Positions 28,201 through 40,200 of a DNA stretch of 64,000 nt are shown one piece after another. Below the pieces are notes generated by a model. That model had not been told where the DNA came from and searched no databases. It saw only the letters and a list, made by a program, of their open reading frames with translations. Position 1 is the stretch's first letter. Each line of letters begins with the position of its first letter. The position numbers and the translations under genes were made by a program. This stretch comes from Botryllus schlosseri (lineage: Eukaryota), in the NCBI GenBank assembly GCA_051294905.1, contig CM119375.1:26288001-26352000 (forward strand). Direction: 5' to 3'.

Positions 28201-31200
28201 ATATGTCCTAAACTAGTTGCCGATGCCACACAAATGCAGGAGGAAGCCTTGAGCTTCAAAACAGGCCAGTGGTTCGCAGCCATTCATGACCTGGGAAACA
28301 CCTATGATATACAATCCTTCCCAAATTAGATTCGAATGGGAAAGATAGCTGCAGATTTTTTCCAACTTAGATTAGAATTAGAATTACTGAACTTGCAAAA
28401 ACTTGGAAATTGATCTAAATTCCGAATTAAAAACAAATTTTGTTATTGCGTATGTGTATTATTTTATGCTCATAAATATGATAATTACAAATGTACACCA
28501 AGCATGTCTCGTTTCGTACTATACAGATCTCCTGCAGCATTTTCAGGAAAACCAGAAATTAGATTACAATTAGATTACCGGCGTGTCGTTCTAATTAATC
28601 TAATGAGACACCTAGAATTATCTGGTTTCTTCAGTCCGATTACAAGTGATGAACATCTGGCTACATGCACTAAAAATGTTGAAACTACTGACCAGCTATG
28701 AGGAACACCAGCTAACTAAACACAACCATAGAAGCTACCTTCCTCTCCAAAGACGGTGACAGTCGTTTGAGTTTTAACACCAAGCTTTCCGCCTCCGGTG
28801 GGCTTCATCAGGCTGATAACGAATGTCAGCATCTGTGCCGGCGGAACTTCCTTAAGGATGAGCTCCATAGAATGAGTGATTTCTCCGTGTGAAAAGTCAA
28901 CGGAACCCGTGAGGGATGCAATATCTGAAATGAACATAGAATATTGATAAATCTGTGATAACGGAAGATTTGCACATTGGCTGGATAAGGAATATATGAG
29001 ACTGATCAAATGAAAATACGAATTAGTAAACTCGAAATTGCAGAATGTATTTTGATGTCATTAAATGATCATATTGCTCCAGACATAGCAGCAATAAAAA
29101 AAATTAGTGCAAAGTTCCATGAGGTTGATGAGAAATATTTCTAACCGGATGGCAGTTGTTGGCTTGACTGTACAATCCATGGTATTGTGACATTTCCGTC
29201 AGTTCCCAATGATCGCACAAGAGGTATGTAGCTGATAAGCGGCCCTGGTGAAGTCTGTCTCAAGACAATGGAGTTCTTTGCAAATTCGAACACACCAGGC
29301 TCTGAAATAAACCACATATCAATGTATATGGCACAAATGTCCTGAGTAGCATTGATAAGATTATTCATGTACACCAAAAACTTTGATGAATAGATTAAAA
29401 GTAAACATCATTAATAATGCATAAGCTTGATACAGTCAACTATACACCTATAACGGATATTGCAAAAAATTCCATCAGTGAAATACAGCTGCAAGACTGA
29501 AGAAGGCTGAAGAAATAGCTTACCGTCATCTTCTATGATTGATATCGTGGCAATTTCTTGTGCAAGTTTGGTGTTCTCGCTGGGCTCGTACAAGCGAATG
29601 ATAAATGAACGGCCATGTTCGTCGTAGTCGTTGTTGTCGATAATTGGCACGTTAATAAAAGCTTCAGTCACCGCGTTTTCAAATGTCAAAATGCCCTGAA
29701 AGCAACGAGTAAACAAAAATGAGAATACATGTACAACTATAATCGGGAACGAGAATTAGGCAGGCTTGATTCCAAGATGAAAGCCATATCAGAATTAATT
29801 ACCATATGACCTTACAGCAACTTTAAACCACTGCAACATTTATTGATGCTAAATGTATATGTTCAATTTTTAACATATAAAGGTGCTTCATAATTTATTT
29901 GCAAGACTTGTGAGACTCCCTAGTTAATGTAAAGTTTCCTATATCTTTGGCACAGCCATGGGCCAATTTCAGGGAAGGCCATGTGTTCATTTGCTTTTGA
30001 GCCATTCTTTAATAATTATTAAACATCAGTTAGTACCTTACTTGAAGATGTTTTGACGAGTGTTACAAAATAACTATTCCAGGTCTTGCAAGGTTCAGAA
30101 ATACTGAAACCTTGGCCGTTGATGCTAATGAAGTGACTCAATATGGGATGTTTTGAATTTATATTTTATGAGATTCGGTACCTGTGATGCTTCATAATCC
30201 TTTCCACCATAGGCGGTGTCGTCTTCTGTACGCCATGCGACCATACAGGTAGCCTTTGTGCTTCTGGTTCTCATGACAGGTATTTGCGCAATACCACAGT
30301 TTTCTGAAATGAAATCATGTGAATAATCGATATAGGCCCAGAGCTGGTCAGAAATGAAGTATTTCTAGGTATATATTCGTTTTATTCCAGACCAATTCTG
30401 TCTTTACCACATTTTCAATGGTGCCTGTATCTACTAAGAGCGACTTACCCATGAAAGGATATGCTGCTTTTGCAAACTGCAATACTGAGCATTCTTCATT
30501 GCATAGTACTGTCACCATACAGTGAGAGAGATCTAGAGTGGCGCCGCCTTTGGGGTCTTCAAGTTCGACGTTGAAGGCTTTTTCAGCGTCATCGTATATA
30601 ACGTCCGGGATCAGCTCAATATCGACGTGTTTTGTAACCTAAAATGAAAAAGAAAGTAATTCAGAGGATGTCGAAGCTGTCACAATAAAAAACGAATAGG
30701 GAGTTGTATATCTTTTGCCCTTTATGTTTTTGCTGCATATAAACTGACTCATGATATACATATAGGCCTACATACACACGACCTGTGCAGATGCATACCA
30801 TAAGTGCATGATGTGCATATGCCGCTGGACAAGGAAGATGCAAAAATAGCCTTGAAAACTTGAAGCCATGGATACCAGTTTTACTAATTATGTCCTATGA
30901 CGCTTCACCATTATGCTATCTTGTCGGTTCATGTGCATCAATTCATATTTACCCCCAACTAAAACAGCACTAACCTCTCCATCATCAAATTCGATGATTC
31001 CCGACCCTCTCCGGTAATGCTTGCCCTCAATGGCAGTGATGTCACGCGTGAACCAACGCACTGACACCTTGCCATCCATACCGATTGTTCGATGAACTGG
31101 AACTACGGCAAACTGATCGTTTTCTTTGAACACGCAGCTCGGTTTGGGGAATCCAATAATGCCAGCATCTAGTATTCACAGATTAAGATTTAACAAACAA

Positions 31201-34200
31201 ACAAACAAACCTCAGAATAACATGAAACAATAACTTCATATATTATTGACGAGAAGCTTTCTGACTTACTCCAGACTTGTACAAACTACTGAATTTTCAT
31301 ATACGAAGCTAGTATTAGAAGTAACAGCCTTTAAAAATGTAAACTAAACTTAAAACACCGCTAACTAATAACTAATAATACGAATTACTGAATTGCAGAA
31401 GAAAGAAGTAATGTTGAAGATAGAATGGGGATTTCAAAAGGACGTAGTTTTGAGTTTGAAATGTGGGTATTTCGACCCCCAAAGCCCAGTCCCCATCTGC
31501 GCCACTGCTCGTAGTGATCACTCCTGGCAAACAACGGCTACAACAACATCGCAGAACAGAACACCGGTATCATGATTCATGCAAAACAATGACATATGGT
31601 TTTTCTAGTTGTGTGGTAAGTAATTTGTTAATGTACCTATACCTATACCTATACCTATAACTAGAGCTACTCAAAAAACCATGCGTTAGTTGACCGCCAA
31701 CTAATTAGATTATCAGTTTGAAGAAGTCTGACAGACAGCATCAGTGTAATAAATACTTTAATTAATGAATTAATGAACAATATAAAGTTTGGATATCATA
31801 TTAAAATTTTACTATGAAAAAGCGCACGCCGATACACACCTTCATCTTTTATGACGATGACTTTGGTTCTTTTCAGGCCGAGCGCGACTCCTTTTTCTTG
31901 GTTGTAAAGTTCAACCCAGAACATGATTTCACGTCCGGTAAAATTGTGTATCAACGGAATTTCGATGCTTGCAAATTCATCGTTGTCTTCAAATCTAAAC
32001 AAGGATATCGTTCAAATTACTGCTATCCTTAACAGAGTCAATATAAAAATATGTATAGGGACTGTAGATTGTAATTCAAGCGATGATGTATACGTGTTTC
32101 ACTATCACGGACCAATCCAGTTCAATCAAGAGCCTGTAAGTTCAGGATAGGGATTCGCTTTGGCAAGACCTTGAAAAAAACATAAACACCAAGTGAAGAA
32201 AACGTCACTTCACAAATTTAAAATCCAGAATAACGCAGTGACAAAAAATCTGGATACTAGATATTATATGTTTCAAATATTAGATGAATACATCAGGGTT
32301 TTCATTGAAGATGCAAGCTCGGTTTCATCGGATGGGCTCTGGATAAAATGACCAACATTGCAGTAACGATGACTTACGTGAGTTCACCACTTCCCCAGTT
32401 ATATTCTCGGTAGTCATAATCAGTCTCATCCACAGTATGCAGTTGGCTGCGATTTCCATTGGGCTCGCTGTAGGCTTCGGAACTTTGACTGGTTGCAATT
32501 AGCGGCTCCATTTCGATTGTCTGTCCGCTGGCGCCCTGAACTCTGCAAGTTGTATGTGTATTGTGAAGATTGGTTTTTGAAGATTACTCATTATAATATA
32601 GCGTTAATGTTTAATACCGTAATTAGACACACAATTTTACAATTTTAATTTATCTCTGCTCAAAAAGCAATCCATTTGATCATGGAATGGGGAAACAAAA
32701 TCACCGAAAGACTTGATAACATATTCTCAGCCAATGGAAAAGTCAGTGGGGACTGTAGCCTACCAATTTATGTATGTGAGTTAACATTTATATGAAAGTA
32801 CCTGACTATAGTACATGCATCGCATACAAACTTGAACACATATCGTTGTTATATTTTACATTAAAAGGACACCACAGTGTACATATAGTATAGACAATGA
32901 GTTCTTAACCAGAGTTCACACACACAAACCACAGGGGCGCACTGCTGATCAAGACAGACACACACACACGACTCATACAGAAGAAGTTACACCGACTAGC
33001 TTAAAATATTGAATAGCATCTTTTTATTTTGTTTGAAAACAATCTTTTAACGGTTTCGTTCTTCTAACATTGTTATTGAATCAAGTACAGTGTGCACCAG
33101 TATTATATAGTATTGTATGTGTTAGATGTGTAATGTAGTACATTTTTGTTCTTGTGACCGGTCCAATATTTGGGCTTCGGCAAAAGCTTGCAGATTACTG
33201 TAAGGGTTCGCCATAGGCAGAGGTTAAGATCCACCGCTACAGACTCCGTATCACAGCGTTGGCATTTCAATTTTCATTAAATAGCAATCGTGCGGAGGTT
33301 TACTTCACAAAATCAAGCGGATATACAGCAAATTCGAAATGACGGATGAATACATAAATTTTTAGAATTTTGCTCGTATTCACTCACTGTTTGACCTGAC
33401 GACGTTTTCTAGTCATCGTTCCCTCGACGCCTTCATTCAAAACCTCGAAATCGTCATCAGCAGCGGATCCTGGGAACACAATATTTTTTTCAGCACTGCC
33501 GCCAACAAGGGGGCCGACTTATGGAATGAGAAATTCGGTGCTGCAAGACTTATGAATAATGATATATCCCAAAGCAATTAGCATATACTTTGCCCAATGC
33601 AACAGTGTTATCGCTACATTCGATATTTTGCTATACCTAGCTTCAACGACATTCACAAAAGTTGATTAACTACAATCAAAAGGAATCCAACCGGAACACA
33701 TGAAATGTTTTACATACCAGCGTAAGTCTTCCATTTCAGAGTAGATTTTCCCTCCAAGAAATTTCGACGTACAGGAATAACTGCAAGCTTTGCACTTCTT
33801 CGTACCAGGTATTTTGCCTTGATGAACTCAACCACAGTACCTAAACAAATCATAGCGATATTATGAAAGAGATATGAACAAATTGTACATACAGGACTAA
33901 GTTGGGTTAAGATGCAAATTTTTTCACAAGATTTCGCATAAATAAGAGTACTGGAGAAATATTTACAGCGACATGTCATGTTACACTATATCAGGAATAT
34001 CACAATATCATTATTTTCATTCTATATGTACTGACGCTGACATAGATACCTCAGAAAAGAGCACAGATTACTTGAAATAACCCTTGGATTAGGACAGCTC
34101 TTGTTTTGTTGAATCCAGGATTAGGTCGAATCATTATATAATATTCAAATTTTCGGAATTTTCCGAACGCCAATTAATACAGATTTTTGGATTCGATACA

Positions 34201-37200
34201 CAATCAGAAAACTCAGTCAGCTTCAGTTCCTTGTTCCAGTTTTTGTAAAACCATGCTAATATTGCCACCACGTATTTATGATTTTATGACTTGATGATAC
34301 CAACATGCCAGGAGTTTAGCCATAACAACAATTTTTCTCACATGACTGAGCACTGAATCAACTGCTACTATTAGCAAACTGACAGTATTGGTGGTGGACA
34401 GCTGGTATATATATTCTTTTTGGAAGTAGACATGGTTGGCTATGCGAAATGAAGTGTACCAAATAATCATAGCAAAAATACATACCAGCCGCAATTCCCG
34501 GCAGGAGCGGTATCATGGCGGCCTTGGCCAGTTGGTCTATGTTGTAGTTTCTCTCTTCCTGGCGATCGATGATATACACACAGCATCTCCAGCAGCATAA
34601 CAGGATCAATCCGATGAGAAGCACGAGCAGGATTATGAACAGGATGATGAGAAGCGAATATTCCGACTTGCAGCCTAAAGAAAATTACTTACCGATATAA
34701 TTGACAGCATATAAGTATTTATATGTGCAATTCACACATAGGCGCTCAGAGGTCACTGTGGCTATTCAAGTATAGGTAAAACGATACAAAGTTAGGCCAA
34801 CATTACTGCATGTTAAAAATGGTTTGAAATATCATTTGATAACTAGCTCTAAGGAGAAGGCTGGGTAGACTTTAGGACAAATTCAATGATTAATATTTGG
34901 TTATCACAAGCAATCACTTCCAAATTTCAAGTTTCTGGTTATCACCCAGTTTTACACAGCTGTCTGGCAGATGTGAACATTTTGATTATGAGAATGATGC
35001 AAATATTTGAGTGTCATTGTGTTGTCAACGCCTCATCAATGGTAGTTGGCGTATTTTAGTCAACCATAGCTGTATAATATCACAATATCCTTGTATTAGC
35101 TTTTATCATGATATCAATGCCAGTTAAAACAGTGTTGCCAAGGCTAAACCATACATATTTGCATGTATACAAATCGATTATATCACAAATGGATTACGGT
35201 GTGAACCAGGTAAGGCAAAAAATCTCTGCCACTTTTTACAAGAGGAATGGAGGCAAATTGAACAAGATTTGGCAAGGGATAGCTAGCTGAGAAATGAACA
35301 AGTTTATTTCTTACACAACATCATCTTCCCGAACTTATAACTCTCGAACTTATGAACTTCAACTTATTCATATTATACACTATACACTGATAAGATATAG
35401 TCCACATACGCTTTTCCTTTTCTGCAGCTATATCCAATGTTCCGTCAGCGGTTTTCCTGTATTTGAAATAAAACTTGCAGTTGTCCGTTTCGTCCAAGGC
35501 AGCACACATTTCTTGGGAAGTCTGTTGTGCACTTTCTGCAAGGATACAATCACTTTATTAATGTCAACAAATTCAAAGTACAGGCCAAAGCCTTCAGTAT
35601 GTAGATTTCTGCAGGGTGTCTGTTTCCAGGGATAAAAACAGCCTGCATTTAAAAAAAAATAGATCAAGTACCAGTGTCTCGCTAATGTGACACTTTTTCA
35701 GTTGGATGATTTTAGTCTAATGAGTGCTGTTCATTGAAAGATACTGCAGATTCGTAGCATGATCAGAAATTGACAGGAACTGTTCCTAGACACAAACAAC
35801 AACTGCCATCATATTTAATTAGTTATTCGTGGGTCAGAGAGAGCCACAGGAAGGCTAGCCAGGAGCTGCGTGCGGTTTTAATAGCTGCGGTTGGGAATCA
35901 CTGCTCTACAGCAATGCCTTTATATACCAAACTGTATAAACTGATATTCAAGAGAATGAAATTGCTTACAAAAATTGTACAATTAATGGCTGTTAAGGAA
36001 TAACTTTTTTCCGGATTACGGGTTTTCACTGATTAAATTGTTAGGTTGCCCACAAAAATGCTGCAGACCAAATTTGGCTCAATTCCAGTTGGTAGGCTGG
36101 ATGTGAACAATCTAGGATGCATTCATGGATGATAATGTCATTAATCTTTAGGTCCACACCAGGGTTGTAATGACTCGAGTCATGACTCGACTCGAGTCCG
36201 ACTCGAGTCACGATTTTTGGATGACTCGACTCGACTCGAGTCATTTTCTCAAAATACGAAAATGACTCGACTTGACTCGAGTCAATCTGTGTATTGACTC
36301 GACTTGGACTCGAGTCATTGCGCATGACTCGAAGCAAGTCATTGACTCGAGATTCAGCCGGCCAAGACCGACATTTCATTGTAATTTCGAAGCCAACACA
36401 CTATTGGGATTTCGTTTGTTGGTACTGGTGCTTGAAAATGCGACCAGAAACTGCTAAAAGCGAGGAAAATTGATATATTATAAATTCGAACCATTCAATA
36501 TCACCAAACAGAGTTTAAAAAGTGGGTTTAGGAAGACTTTAACTGGAAACTGAGCAGTCAACACAATGACTTGGACTCGGACTCGAGTCATAATACCATG
36601 ACTCGGACTCGATCCTCTGTTCGGTGACTTGGACTCGGACTTGACTCGGTGGGAATTGAAAATGACTCGACTTGACTCGAGTCAAAAATATAAAAGTGAG
36701 ATTGACTCGTGACTCGGAGCCTTGTGACTTGGTCACAACCCTGGTCCACACAGACTACATTGTACTCTATGGAGTTCTGATGGATTTTACGTCATTTGAG
36801 ACCATAATTGCTAATATGACTTGCAGATTTGAGATTCTTCGTTTTTTCAAATGGATCATGAGTTGAAATGACTTGCTAAACCATACAGTTGTTTTGACCT
36901 GGAGTGATCGAATCTTTTTCCGCTGCGATGATATTGTCCACCGGTATGCCCTCTTGCGCGCAATATTCGTCGCATGTTGCGTTTTGAGGTCCCGTTCCAA
37001 AAAAATTGCACTGAATGCATTCCTGAATTCTGGCGCATGTCGGGCAGTTCTAAATGGATGAAAAAATATTACATCTGCAAACATGTTTTAATTGGCGAGT
37101 ATCTGATTGTAAAGAATTCATGACAAATTTGACTAAATTCCAACCGGTGAAAGAAAAGATACTGAATCGAAAAATTTTGTTTGCACAAATTGTATTAGAT

Positions 37201-40200
37201 CGGAAAATTCTCCAATTATTAATCAATGGAATTTCCTACTTCCTACTGATGGGTTTGAATTGAGCCAAATTTGTCATGCGTCCTTTTTTAACAACTCGAC
37301 AATTTGATGAAAATTTTTTTCAGTAAATTCAAAATTTGCTTATCTCTAATAGCAGTATGGAATCTATCTGAATTTGATATAGAGTGTTTTGATAGCGAAC
37401 CTAACAATTTTAGCGACTATCAAGTAGTATTTAAAAAAGATGTTTTGGAACAACACTAATGTCACTGTTATATCAAGCGTTAATAATAATATTGCTAGTA
37501 GGCCAAGATGCTTAATTGATAGACTGACCATCTTTGAAACTCTCTCACTGCAAATACGCTTTACAACCAAACCATATCTCACCTTGACACACGTGGCGCA
37601 AGTGGCGCCACCAAACCCGGTATCAGGATCACAGACGCATCTGCCACAGACACAGGATCCACGACCGGAGCAGATTTGACCGTCGGTACCCATGCATCCA
37701 GCAGTACTGCTTTGGCAACTGCAATCATGTCCCGTCCATCCCGCGTCACACTCACAGCTGCAGTCGCACCCGCCTTGAAAAACTTGTCTGAAAGAAAATA
37801 AGCCAATGCTCAATGTAATATGACACGGAGGGAGCAATGGTAAGGTATTTGCTCGAATATCTTTGGAAGAACTAAGAATTTTGAGGGGAATTCTCAAACA
37901 TTTCGATTGCTGAAGAGTATATATGATCAACAAAATTGTGTTACGAAACTGCACAGAATATTTGGAGTCTAAAGAGGTTAATGATGGAGAAAGAGCTCAG
38001 CGGGTTTGAACATTCAAGGTACAGCAGTATTCATAGAATAACTAAACATAAAACCAGCAAAGAGGATATCGTGTCTGATTCCCAACCAGATTGATCCATA
38101 TGAGATCATGAACCATGTAAATAACATTTGTATCAAATATGCATGTCTTTAATGGAAACGATTTTCAGGGTATTTACAGAGGAAAAAAAATAATTGATGA
38201 ACTTATTAATGAAATGGACCGAATTGAGAATAACTGAAGGACTCAATGTTGTTCAGTCCTATTCACCATACCACTTTCTCATCGATCTAATCAAATGCCA
38301 CATACAAGGAAGAAATGACATGATACAGACGATGACCGTGCACTTACTTTCCCCTGTTAGAACAGACAAGGCCAGCTCTCTTTGGACAATCGGCGCATTC
38401 GCAATATTGACCGAATATTCTCTCTTTCTTGTGCCTGTGGCCGGGATCGCAGAGACATCTGTCGTTTCTACACACGCCCCGGTCTATAAGGGAGACGCAC
38501 AAAAAATATGATAGCTGAATATCTACGGTAAATCTCTTCAGTTCAGGGGTTCCCAACCATGGGCCCCATGAGCCTTATCAGGTAGCCTTGTAGAAATATC
38601 CAGCTGTAATGATCACTTAGTAAACTCCACTATAAAAAAAGAATTAATTTGAAATTTAATAAAATGCTACCTAGTACAGCGATAAGCTACTTCTTGATCT
38701 TGAGTTTAGATTCTTACCTCAACTATTACATTGACTGATTATGTAATAACTAATAATTGTACTACCATGATCATTGTGTGTATTTATATCATTTTATCAT
38801 TCTAACTAGGTACCGATTACTGTATAGACCAGTTTTTTAAATTAAAATCAGCATCTTCCTTTTTTTCAAAAGATTGAAAGGAGTAGTGGATCCCACGATT
38901 TTTCAAAATTTCCGGAGGTGCTACGCTGTAAAATTGGTTGGAAACCCCTATTTTTGTTTCTCACTTGAGCATGTTCCATCCCCACATCCGGGTGCCAAGA
39001 CTGGAATGCTACAGCTCGGTCCAGTCCAGCCAACGTTGCACTCACATATGCCACAGACGTACGTTCCTTGGGAAGTGCATTTCGCGCTGTTTGGCTGTAT
39101 GATGATCGGTCGTATAGTAACAAGAAATATGGAGGAAAGGCACAGTGAAGCAGATTTGTACAAACTACCAATGTAATTAGTTGAAGGTTTTCTAACTACT
39201 GTTTTTTTTTGATAGTTTTAGCTCCATTTCCAGTTGTGCACTATAAAAAAAATTAGTTGCCAAACAACTATAAAACATGTGTCATCGTTTGGCGTGAATC
39301 GTGATCATCCGATGTGTGATGCTCTTGCAGCCATTGCTAACTCAGAGTCATCATGCTAACAGTAGCATAGCCAGGGGTGAGTTTCAAACTAGAATTCATG
39401 ATGTCCAAGTGGAAAGCTGGTCCGATTGCGATAAAATATAAATTAATGAGTTGCTTTGGAATAGAATCCAGGTTGTGTGTTGTCGTTATTCTCCTAGTTC
39501 CAGTGGCAAGCTTTGAAGAGTGAAAAGTACTAGTTCTAATTCTAGTTCTAGTTGCGGGGTTTGAAGAGTGAGTAGTTCGAGTTCCAGGGTTTGAAGAGTA
39601 GTTATAGTGCTAGTTTCTGTTGCCTGGTTTGAAAAAAGAGTAGTTCTCGTGCGAGTTCTACCGTAATGTTCCAAGTATAGTACGCCCCCATGTATAATAT
39701 GCACCCTTAAAATGGCATGCAAATTCTGGGAAAAAGCCTGTACCCATGTATAGTACGCACCCTGCATTCGCAGTACATGAATAGCTGTGTTTTAGTACGC
39801 GATGTTGTTCTGTTTTGCGATGTCACTGTCGAACAATCATGACATAACCATCGCTAATCATTATGCAATTAACTGCATTGTCTCTAAACAATAGTACAGA
39901 GTAGCCAAAGCCTGCGAGGTTGGCGACGCGATAGTTCGGGCCAGCGACACGACGTCTTGCGCACGAGGCCTATTACAGATGCGATTGCTAATCATTATGC
40001 AAGTAACGGTTTTGCCTCTATCGATAGTAGATAGCAGCCAAAGCCTGCGAGGTCGGCGACGCGACATCTTGTGCACGAGGTCAGATGCGATTGCTCAGGC
40101 CAACGGTTATGTCGTGCACACCACGCATGTTGGAGGTGCGACTGATTACGCAAGCAATTATATTTTGCGCACATGGCCTGTCGATGAAATAGCGAGGATT

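Noticed and set aside
32115-32170. Possible short-tail terminal exon [14 protein letters not shown]
   Set aside because: NPYP is not an NPxY motif, the acceptor is weak, and the main exon chain already closes in phase without it.
35560-35643. Cys-containing frame [15 protein letters not shown] as a beta-tail exon
   Set aside because: Phases do not fit. Exons 37049-36899 and 35535-35410 supply the complete beta-tail cysteine pattern.
36160-36743. GACTCGAGTC and GGTAT arrays as CRISPR-like or satellite loci
   Set aside because: They are irregular internal motifs of TIR/TSD-bounded MITEs in a eukaryotic intron, with no repeat-spacer structure.
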